Origin: Stegostoma tigrinum
Taxonomy: Eukaryota
Direction: 5' to 3'
DNA: 64,000 bases
Assembly (NCBI RefSeq): GCF_030684315.1
Contig: NC_081399.1
Span: forward strand, 9,162,113 to 9,226,112
The notes under the pieces are model-generated. The model was given only the letters and a program-made list of their open reading frames with translations. It was not told where the DNA came from and did not search any database. Positions 47,815 to 58,479 of this stretch are shown here, one piece after another. Each line of letters opens with the position of its first letter. Position 1 is the first letter of the stretch. The position numbers and the translations under genes were made by a program.

Positions 47815-48535
47815 TCTTCACTTTGCATCTAACCCCGTGCTGTCCCTGTCCTGGGAGTGTCTGATGGGGGGGACAGTGTAGAGGGAGCTTTACTCCGTAT
47901 CTAACACCGTGCTGCCCCTGTCCCTGGGAGTGTCTGATGGGGGGACAGTGTAGAGGGAGCTTTACTCTGTACCTAACCCCGTGCTGCCCCTGTCCCTGGG
48001 AGTGTCTGATGGGGGGACAGTGTAGAGAGAGCTTTACTCTGTATCTAACCCCATGCTGTCCCTGTCCCTGGGAGTGTCTGATGGGGGGACAGTGTAGAGA
48101 GAGCTTTACTCTGTATCTAACCCCATGCTGTCCCTGTCCCTGGGAGTGTCTGATGGGGGGACAGTGTAGAGTGAGCTTTACTTTGTATCTAACCCCATGC
48201 TGTCCCTGTTCTAGGAGTGTCTGATGGGGGGACAGTGTAGAGGGAACTTTACTCCGTACCTAACCCCATGCTGCCCCTGTTCTGGAAGTGTTTGATGGGG
48301 ACAGTGTAGAGGGAGCTTTACTCTGTACCTAACCCCTGTGCTGCCCCTGTTCTGGAAGTGTTTGTTGGGGACAGTGTAGAGGGAGCTTTACTCCGTACCT
48401 AACCCCCGTACTGCCCCTGTTCTAGGAGTGTTTGATGGCGACAGTGTAGAGGGAGCTTTACTCCGTACCTAACCCTGTGCTGCCCCTGTTCTGGAAGTGT
48501 TTGATGGGAACAGTGTAGAGGGAGCTTGACTCTGC
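47815..48535. repeat. ~70-bp dispersed satellite (TATCTAACCCCGTGCTGTCCCTGTCCTGGGAGTGTTTGATGGGGACAGTGTAGAGGGAGCTTTACTC)
   Basis: About 10 tandem units. Also seen at ~41940-42060, 44495-44650, 55150-55540, 55870-56025 and, degenerate, 56730-57150. Confidence 0.92.
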
Positions 48536-48638
48536 AATGATTAACTTGCCTGATTTCTGTACATTGTATCAATAATTAGATCCAAAGCAATTCTTGTCTT
48601 GTTCCACACTGACTGACCGTGTCCTCTTGTTCCCTCAG

Positions 48639-48959
48639 GTCAGAGTCAGTCCTTATATCTGCCTGTGAATGGATCCCTGGGCCAGTCGGTCTCCCTACCT
48701 GTAGAGGTGCCAAACAATACGACGGTTTCTGAGGTTAGCTGGACACAATCTTCAACCAAAACCAAAATTGTTGGATTGGCAAGAGGCAGCATTGAATATT
48801 TTGGCAGTGAAGAGTACAAGAAACGGATATATTTTCATCCTGGGAACTTCAATCTCCAAATCAGTGACTTACGGAGAGAGGATACTGGGCAATATGAGGT
48901 AACTGTAACTGTAACTTCAGGAAAACAAACATTTGAGACAGTTCAACTGGATGTTTACG
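48639..48959 (+). CDS. CD2/SLAM-family gene B, IgV exon
   Basis: Acceptor ttgttccctcag|GT and donor TACG|GTGAGT, phase 1/1. VNGSLGQSVSLP..EVSW..NLQISDLRREDTGQYEVTV..LDVY; no Cys. Confidence 0.93.
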
Positions 48960-49481
48960 GTGAGTAAAACTATCGAACCTGCCTTGCTTTCACCTCTTAT
49001 GGACCCTGTTTCATGATGGGGGGAGGTGATTTCCTAGTGGTATTATCACAAGAGCGATAATTCAGACCCGGGTTCGAATTCCACAAACTTCTGGAATTAA
49101 GTCTAATGATGATCGGGAAACCATAGCGAATTGTCTGAAAAACCCATATTCGCTAATGTCTTTCTGTGATAACAAGGTGTGGAGCTGGACGAACACAGCA
49201 GTCCAGGGCAATGTGCCACTTTTAATTACCTGGAATGATCCTGCCATTATCTCTCTGCCTGTATATTCTGTGCCTGTGTGCCTCCCTCCACTTCACCTGA
49301 CAAATGCTTGTGATGTTAAGCAAACCTGTTGGATTATAACGTGATGCGATGGGACTTCAGATTCTGGGTTTTCCATGTTTTACTAGGATCGTCTGGTCTC
49401 AGACGACCAGCTCCTTGCTCCTGGGGCTGGACATAAAGGAGACTGGGGTCCCAACCCCCAGGAACAGAAAAGGTTAAGGGA

Positions 49482-49749
49482 CAGACAGTGGGAACTGCAG
49501 ATGCTGGAGAATCTGAGATAACAAGGTGTGGAGCTGGATTAACACAGTAGGCCAAGCAGCATCAGAGGAGCAGGAAGACTGACGTTTCGGGTCTAGACCC
49601 TTCTTCAGAAATGGGGTCTTTCTGGAGAAGAGTCTAGACCCGAAACGTCAGCTTTCCTGTTCCTCTGATGCTGCTTGACCTGCTGTGTTCCTCCAGCTCC
49701 ACACTGTGTTATCTCGGATTGCCCAGCATCTGCAGCTCCTGCTGTCTCT
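49482..49749. mobile_element. Head-to-head pair of Penelope-tail short elements forming a ~128-bp-arm palindrome
   Basis: Arms ~49482-49610 and ~49620-49749. Hammerhead cores at 49581-49608 (-, intact) and 49622-49649 (+, CTGGAGA mutant). Confidence 0.88.
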
Positions 49750-50839
49750 GGGTGTGTTTCTGCACCTTTTTGAGACTCTATTGAGATGAAACGTGTTACG
49801 AACCAGCGCAACGTTATCCTTCAACAGCAAACATGGGGAGGAAAGGTGAACAGCTTTCAGATGTTTGCAAAAGCGGTTGCAAACTAGCCCCTAGCAGTAG
49901 GAACCGACGCCAGGAAACATGTTCGCACTATTACATTTCGGTAACATTGACCTGCCCGAGACATTTCCCAGAGTTGTTCCCAGCAGTGAGGAGTTTGGGT
50001 CAGGAATATGCTTGCCCGAGACTATGGAGGAAGCTTTAAACAAAATACAGGGAAAGCACGAGGCTGTTGTAGAAGGGAGTCCGCGCCAGGCTACAGTTGG
50101 GGGGGTGGGGGGCGGTGGTGGGATTTCAGGGGCTGCCTTCCCTTGGGATTTTCCTGCTGCTGTGCAGATCTCCGATGCCTTTCCACTCCCACGATTTGCA
50201 GAGGCGATGGTCAACGTGAATGCCCGGCTTGAAGGAAGGATGCCGAGGAGAGGGGCCACAGCACGGACACCAGAGGCTGACCGGCCGGCCGCTCGCTGAC
50301 AACGCTGCGAAAACGGGAGTCACAAATAAAACGGGAAACACAGCTCGCTGCTGAGCCCCGGCCACAGCGTCGCGGGCGTCGTGTCCTCCGAGTGACTCGC
50401 CCATCGCCAGCTCGGCCAAAAGCAAGTGATGCTGGGCCGAGCGAAACCACAAAACCCCCAGACACAGACCCAGTGCAAACACGGCAGCCAGGAGCATGAA
50501 CGTAAAGGCGGCGGAGAGGCATAGCCCCATCAATTTGTCCACCAAACACCAGACAGAAAGGCATCAGTTCCTGCTCACACCAAGAAACAACTAGTAGCAA
50601 GCCACCCAAAAGACTGGCAACGTTTCAAACTGTTGAGTCTCCCTGGTCGGACGGAACTGTTCCAAGTTCCAGAAAAAAACAGCTAGAAAGGGAACGATGA
50701 CAGGGTTCACCTGCAGACCAAGCTCCCTTGGACCTTCCGAGGAGGCAGGCTCAGCCAAAGGCAGGGGCTCGCTCCCCCCACCCACAGGGAAAGAAAGAGA
50801 GGAAGCAGCTTCTCAGTCCCACAGAGCCAGACAGAGAGG

Positions 50840-51770
50840 GTCTGCGTAAATCTACGGCAGACTCAGGAACATGAGACCTCATTGTTGTGCCGCCTGCTTA
50901 GTGCCAGGGTTTGAGACATCTGCTCAGGGCTGGAGAGCAGCTTCCATTGGGATGGGGAGGATACGGTCATCGTGGTCTTAGCCCATGCCAAGAATGTAGG
51001 CGAACAAAGAAGGGCATTCTGCATTGTCATAGTGAGGAAGTATGCGCCAAGTTAAGAACCTGAACCTCAAAGGCAATAATCTGTGAATTAATTCCTGAAC
51101 CTTTGTATGTTGGCAGAGTGAAACTCAGCATGTGAGATGAATTTAATGCTCGAAGCCTGGTTTGGGAGAAGTGGTTTCCCTCTTTGGGTCATGGGTACAA
51201 ACACTGGGAAATGTGAGAACTGTGCTGTTGTGTCAGTTCTCCACCTAAGTATATGGCTGTTCTAGTGACCACCAGAACTATGGAAGTAGAGAATATTTAA
51301 ATTCGCATCGTGGCAGGGAAAAATCAAATTTGGGAACATATAAATAGAAGAAGGGAAGAGAGAGAGGCATCGACATGGCAAGTGAGAAACCTTACAAAAT
51401 GATTATTTAAGAGTAAATCAACAACTAGAGGTGACAAAAATAATAAAATGGCCAAAACCAGATGCTTTGTACTTGAATGTATGTAGCATTCAAAACAAAA
51501 CCGATGAAATGAGCGCATATATAGAAACACATAAATACAATCTGGTCAAATTTGTACAGAAATAGCTGGTGAAGGACATGAATGGGGAACTGAATGATGA
51601 AGAATAAAGGGCATTTAGGAAGGACAGAAAACTCAGAAGTGATGGAGAGGTGGCCCTGCTAATTGATGATGGAATGAGCACAAGAAAGAGGGATGAGTTT
51701 AATTTTAAAAGGAAGGACATAGAAGTGGTCTGGGTCAAGAGGAGAAAGGATAAATGCCAGAAATCACTGC
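50840..51770 (+). mobile_element. Decayed CR1 ORF1 esterase and endonuclease start
   Basis: Remnant C.L.xARVxDIxSGLE..L..xGEDxVIVV, and AFRKDR..GEVALLI..IEVVWV. Confidence 0.6.
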
Positions 51771-51772
51771 AA

Positions 51773-52123
51773 TGGCATGGTGGCTCAGTGGTTAGCGCTG
51801 CTGCCGGACAGTGTCAGGGACCTGGGTTTGATCCCAACCTTGGGTGACTGACAGGGTGGAGTTTGTACATTCTCCCTGTGTGTGCGTGCATTTCCATTGG
51901 GTGTTCCTCCCACAGGCTGGTTTCCTCCAACAGGCCAATGATGAGCAAGTTAGGTGGACTGGCCATGTTAAATTGTTTGTGGTGCTCAGGATGTGTAAGT
52001 TATGTGTGTTAGCTGCAGGGATAGGGTAGGGGGATGGCTCTGGGTGGAAAGCTTTTGGAGGGCCAGTGTGGGCATGTTGGGCACAATGGTCTGTTCCCAT
52101 GCTGTGGGAATTCTGTGTTCTAT
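51773..52123 (+). mobile_element. tRNA-derived SINE (older HE1-like copy)
   Basis: GGTGGCTCAGTGGTTAGC..GGTTTGATCCC; similar to the copy at 46353. Confidence 0.8.
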
Positions 52124-52994
52124 GATCAGTGGCAGCGGTGTGCAGGCCACTAATAGCTACTAAACAGTAGGATCGAGAATGAGAGAAGAAGTGGAAACGT
52201 GTCAGAAAGGACATGGGAGATTTTATTCTGCATGTAGATTGAGCAATGGTATCATTGATTCAGTCTGTCTGATTAGCCATTAACCAACTCCAAGATAGTC
52301 AGCTCCCTCATTGGCTCAATGACATATTGCCCCAGGAAACAGTGCATAATGCTGTCTATGAATTTGTTGTAGGTTACTATTTCTTTCCAACTTGATTAAC
52401 CCAATCAACATAAAGATTAAAGTCTCTCATAGTTATTGTTTTATCCTTTTCATAGGCTCCTTTATTTGTTGATTTATAGCCTATCCTGCAGAGTGGCTAC
52501 TGTTTGGAGGTCTGTACACTCCTCCTAGCAACATCTTCTTTCTCTTGCTGTTTTCTCTCTCCACCTAAATGGACTGTACGTAGTTCGAGCTGAAATTATC
52601 TCAAACAATTGTCCTCATTTAATCTCTTATGAGTAATGCTCCCCCACCACCTTTTCATCCCTCCTGTCTGTCTGAGAGGTTGAATATCCCTGAATGTTAA
52701 CTCCTCAGTTTTGATCTCCTTGTAGCCATGTTTCCATAACGGCTAAGAGTTCATATCCATTTATCTCAACTGGCATCAATTCATCCACTTATTCTGAATG
52801 TTTTGTGCAATAAGGTTTTAACGTTGTCTATCAGCATATTTCACCACACTTCTACGAGTCCTCATTGCAATGTGACATTCACACATTCTGTCCCTTTTTT
52901 CTGACCATAATCAGCCCCATCACTAACCTGCAATGCTCCCTTCTCCTTTACCTTTGGCTTTCTAATTTCCCATACAGCTGAACTCTCCAAAACT

Positions 52995-53410
52995 GGAGGC
53001 CAAAACAATGCACAGTTCTCCAAGTGTGGTCTAACTGAGAGATGTGGAGACCAAAACTGTGTACAATGCTTCAAGTGTAGTCTGACTGAAGAACATAGAC
53101 GCCAAAACTGTGTACAATGCTTCAAGTGTAGTCTGACTGAAGAACATAGAGGCCAAAACTGTGTACAATGCTTCAAGTGTAGTCTGACTGAAGAACATAG
53201 AGGCCAAAACTGTGTACAATGCTTCAAGTGTAGTCTGACTGAAGAACATAGAGGCCAAAACTGTGTACAATGCTTCAAGTGTAGTCTGACTGAAGAACAT
53301 AGAGGCCAAAACTGTGTACAATGCTCCACTGTAGCCTAATTGAAAGATGTGGAGCTCCTTAGAGTTGCTTCATGCTCCAAGTGTGGCCTTACTGAGGGAA
53401 ATGGAGACCA
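52995..53410 (-). repeat. 51-bp tandem repeat derived from a CR1 RT motif
   Basis: The unit translates as SVRLHLKHCTQFWPLCS, compared with CR1 LVRPHLEYCVQFWSP. Confidence 0.85.
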
Positions 53411-54821
53411 GAGCTTCTCTGCTTTTCAATTCTCTCTATTGCTGAAGTGGATTTCAGTGCGGTAAGTTGTGAAGAGACCATATCTTTTTATTTCTCTGTT
53501 TTTAATTCTAGTCTGAAATGTGAAAAAAGGCCTATTTTAAGAACCAAAGATTGTTGAAGGATTGCTGCATTTTCTAAGACAATTTACCTGGCACCCATTG
53601 TTAGTACTGCTTATACTGCTGCTTGTTCAGGCAGTGGGGGGATGTCTAGTTACACACAGGCTGTGTGCAGATGAAGATTTAATCAGCAACAAGTAGATGC
53701 ATGGTCGGTGAAGTGGCATGGTGGCAAGTTATTGATGGTAAAGGCCTCCTGCCTGCTGACAACGATGTGATTGGCTCTCATTTAGCTGAACAGGTTATGG
53801 ATATGAAAGTTTCAGGAGAGGTCTTGTGATCTCTAAGAGAGAAGGAGCTGTCCCTTTTCTCTGTCGTAATAACTACCCCAAGCCTGAAGAAAGCCACGTG
53901 CTGTAACTTGTGAATTTTTTAACCAATATGTCAGAGACTTCATAAGTGTGAACCTGTCACATTGTACCTCCTGCACAGAAGAGAAAGTTACTAGAGGAGG
54001 AGAACCAAGGAGACAACGAAAGAATCAAATCCGACAAAACAAAAACTATTGAACTGCTGTTCCAGTCTTCACCATCACCCATAACCACCACGCTATTTTA
54101 CGCCTGTCTGTGCATGTAAACAGAGGTGGAGTTTGTGAGTGGGAGTTAGAATTTGATGTTGTAGAGTTATATGTATGTAGTTCCTAATTGTATATCTGCA
54201 GTTGGAAACAATTTATGGATAAATATTATAACTGCTGTTAAGTAAAGCAACATGATCTGTGATTTTTATCCATGTGGTCCAAAAAACAGGTAAATTGAGG
54301 ATTTTGTGAACTTTTAAAGAAAAATCTTTAACATCTTATGATGCCCCTGGGAGTAGTGGGGTGTGATTTCCAATGTGATAGCTCAGTGAGGTGTAACTAT
54401 TGACAAAATCACAGCTTTACCAACCTGCATGAGTACAGTTAGAGGTGGTTCATGTGCACCTTGAGATCCCTTTGCTCAGCTATCAGCACCTCACAACTCA
54501 CCAGATTGAAATTAATTTCTTTAAGAAATGCTGATATTGCTGGTGAAGTAAGTTCTGTGTAAGTGATGGTGCCATAATTTATGTTGCTCATAGTCACACA
54601 CTCATTCACCCTTTGCGCATGAATTTACTCATAATGATACCTGTGACTTGTTTGAACTTAATGTATGAGGGAAAGTGTCAATGTGTCTGATGGAGAAATG
54701 AGCAGGAATGAAACTTTCCCTGGTGTCGGTTTGAAGTGGGGGGATTGTGCTAGGAATTGAGTTACAAACAAGGGTTTCCAGCGCTTCCTCATGTGTTTTT
54801 GCTTTTCAAACTGAATTTCAG

Positions 54822-55106
54822 AGGCTGTGACAGGAACAAACGTCAACATTGTAAACATTGCTAAGTGCAATGTGACGCTGAGGTGCTCCGTGAACGCAGG
54901 CAGTAACGTCAGCTTCACCTGGTGGAGGGGACAGGAAGCGTTGGGAAATGAGCTCACCCATCGTGTCTTTGAAAATGGAGAGAGTTCACAGCTTTTGTTC
55001 ACAGCAGAGCCCAATGAGAGAGCTGTGAGATGTGAGGCCAGCAATCCAGCCAGTCACAAAACGGCAGAGATCAAACTGGAAGATGTCTGTAAGGGAAGTG
55101 TATCTG
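54822..55106 (+). CDS. CD2/SLAM-family gene B, IgC2 exon
   Basis: Acceptor aatttcag|AG and donor TCTG|GTGAGT, phase 1/1. CNVTLRCSVNAGSNVSFTW..RCEASNPAS..DVC, four Cys. Confidence 0.92.
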
Positions 55107-55539
55107 GTGAGTGTCACAGAAAGCAATAAGCTACTGCATTCAGGCATAAAGCCTGTCCTGGGAGTGTTTACTGGGGGACAGTGTAGAGGGAGCTTTACTC
55201 TGTATCTAATCTCGTGCTGTCCCTGTCCTGGGAGTGTTTGGTGGGGCCAGTGTAGAGAGAACTTCACTCTGTATCTAACCCATCTGTCCCTGTCCTAGCA
55301 GTGCTTAATTGGGACAGTGTAGAGAAAGCTTTACTCTGTATCTGACCCCCATGCTGTCCCTGTCCTGGGAGTGTTTGATAGGGGACATTGTAGAGGGAGC
55401 TTTACTCTGGATCCTACTCCATCCTGTCCCTGTGCTGGGAGTGTTTGATGGGGGACAGTTTAGAGAGAGCTTTACTCTGTATGTAATCCCATGCTGTCCC
55501 TGTGCTGGAAGTGTTTCGTGGGGCATTGTAGAGGGAGTG

Positions 55540-55854
55540 TTAGATTAGATTCCCTACAGTGTGGAAACAGGCCCTTCGGCCCACAAGTCCACACCGCCCC
55601 TTGCAGCATCCCACCCAGACCCATCCCCCTATAACCCACACACCCCTGAACACTACGGGCAATTTAGCATGGCCGATCCACCAAGCCTGCACATCTTTGG
55701 ACTGTGGGAGGAAACCGGAGCACCCGGAGGAAACCCACTCAGACACGGGGAGAATGTGCAAACTCCAAACACATAGTTACCCGAGGCTGGAATCGAACCC
55801 GAGTCCCTGGTGCTGTGAGGCTGCAGTGTTAACCACTGAGCCACCGTGCTGCCC
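55540..55854 (-). mobile_element. tRNA-derived SINE (HE1-like)
   Basis: Reverse complement of the 46353 family. Confidence 0.85.
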
Positions 55855-56026
55855 TTACTTCCAGGTCAAAAGAGTAGAGAGGGCTTCACTCAGTATCTAA
55901 CCTTGTGCTGTTCCTGCTCTGGAAGCGTTTGATTGGGGCAGTGTAGAGGAAGCTTTATTCTGTATCTCACCCCTTGCTGTCCCTGTCCTGGGAGTATTTG
56001 ATGGGGGATAGTGTAGAGGGTGCTTT

Positions 56027-56727
56027 AGAACATGGAGCATAGAACATTACAGCGCAGTACAGGCCTTTCGGCCCTCGATGTTGCACCGACCTGTGAAACC
56101 AATCTGAAGCCCATTTAACCTACACTATTCCATTATCATCCATATGTTTATCCAATAACTATTTAAATGCCCTTAAAGTTGTCGAATCTACGACCATTGC
56201 AGGCAGGGCATTCCACGCCCTTACTACTCTCTGAGTAAAGAATCTGCCTCTGACATCTGTCCTATATCTTTCATGCCTCAATTTAAAGCTATATCCCCTC
56301 ATGCTAGCCATCACCATCCGAGGAAAAAGGCTCTCACTGTCCACCCTATCTAATCCTCTGATCATCTTGTATGTCTGTATTAAGTCACCTCTTAACCTTC
56401 CTCTCTCTAACGAAAACAGCCTCAAGGCCCTCAGCCTTTCCTAGTAAGACCTTCCCTCCAGACCAGGCAACATCCTAGTAAATCTCCTCTGCACCCTTTC
56501 CAAAGCTTCCACAGTCTTCTTATAATGCAGCGACCAGAACAGAATGCAATACTCTAAGTGTGGCCGCACCAGAGTTTTGTACAGCTGCAACATGACCTCA
56601 TGGCTCCGAAACTCAATCCCTCTCCCAATAAAACCTAACACACTTTATGCCTTCTTAACAACACTCTCAACCTGGTTGGCAACTTTCAGGGATCTATGCA
56701 CATAGACACCGAGATCCCTCTGCTCAT
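56027..56727 (-). mobile_element. CR1 LINE 3' fragment
   Basis: LVRPHLEYC..QRRFTRMLPG; same family as 22381. Confidence 0.9.
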
Positions 56728-58479
56728 GGAGTGTCGACAGTGTCGAGAGAGCTTCACTATCAGTTTAGTTTCAGCTTAAAAGGGTAGACAGAACTTCACT
56801 CTCTATCTGCCCCTCTGCTGCATCTACACTGCGAGTGTTTGCTGGGGATGGCGTGGAGAGAGCTTCACTTTCTGTTCACTTCCATTTTAAGACAGTGAAG
56901 CCAGTCTTGCTCTGTATCGATCCCTGTGCTGTCCATGTCTTAGAAGTGTTTCATGGGGGCAGTGTAGAGCGAGCTTTACGTTCCTTTAAAGAAACTGGAA
57001 GTAGCTTTACTCTGGATCTAACCTTGTGTTGTACCTGCTGTGGGAGTATGTGATCGGGTCAATGTTGAGAGCCCTTCGCTGTTACTTTACGTTAAGTTTA
57101 AAAGAGGAGAGAGATTCCCTGTGCTTTACCTGCCCTGGGAGGGTTTGATTTGAATGGTTTTTACCAAACGGTGGGGTATGTTTGGGAATGGCGGGGACGG
57201 TAGTAAAGAAAATGGAATGCAGTGTTCACCGCTAAAGTTGTTGAAGTCAATCTTGAATCGTGAATGCTGTAACGGGCCTGATGGTAAAGTGAGGAGCTAT
57301 TCCTCCAACCTGCTTTCATCTTTGATAGCATGTGAGTGAGATAGTACGTTGAAATAACAACAGCCCGGAAATTTATTCTAGGACATATTAAAAAGACTGT
57401 GGCAGGAAGGGATAGAGGGGTGCTTCCCAAGGTTTTTCCATTCATAACCTCATTTTGAGGATTGAAAATTGTTGCAAACCCCTAATCCCAATTGGGAACT
57501 ATAAAGGAAGGGAGAGAGACCGTGAGAGAGAGGTGGAGGTATGCTGTGTTGGTGTGGGCTTCTCTGTTAGTATGCAGCACACTTATTATAGCCTAGAACT
57601 GCATGACTGTCATTGCTTACTCGGGGGTGACGGCCCCAAAACATCTTCTGACCTGGCTTGGGTCTCAACACCCACTTAGGGAAGTGCCAACACATGATGT
57701 GCGAAGCTAAGAGTCAACCAACAGATCAGACAGAATTTAGAAAGAGACTAAAAGGATCAGAGTAACGGCTCTGTGCCTGAACGCATGTACCATTTGAAAG
57801 AAACAGATGAACTGGGAGGATAAACAGAAATGAATGAGCCTTACAGAGCCTGGGCTGCAGGATAACGTGGAATGGAACCTACAGGAAATTTAGGAATGGC
57901 TCAAAACTAGAAGAAGGTGGAGGGGTATCAGTGTTGGCAATGATGATATTAAACAATAGAACAGGATGGCCTAAGAGCAGGATGAAATTCTGAAGGCAGA
58001 GCTGGCTGAAGGGAGTTGACAAATTCGGTTATATGATAGGTCAAGACACGTGAGGTGGCAGGCGTTGCAGGGAATATTTCTGAATGTGCAAAATAGATCC
58101 ATTGCAGTGAGTAAGTAAATTATCCAAGGCTATTACATTAATGCTCAAACCGCAACATTACAGTCAGTCTCCAACTGATAGCAAAAGGGTATAATTGTGC
58201 AAAAACAGGCAACAGATAAAATAAGGGAGTGTCAAGGGTTAAGTAGAAAAGGCAGGAATGTGGTGTGATGCAGTTCAGATTAGGTGCGATCATTTTGAAT
58301 AGTGGAGCAGGCATGAGGAGGCAGATGGCCTATTCCTGTCCCTATTTCTTAAGGTCTGATTGTCTAAGTTTGGACACAGCACAAACACAAGAAAGAATGG
58401 CCATAAAATTAAGAAAATTCGTCAAGATACAATCATTAACACGGGGGGAAAGGAGGTGGAGAGAGAGAGGAGACAATGA

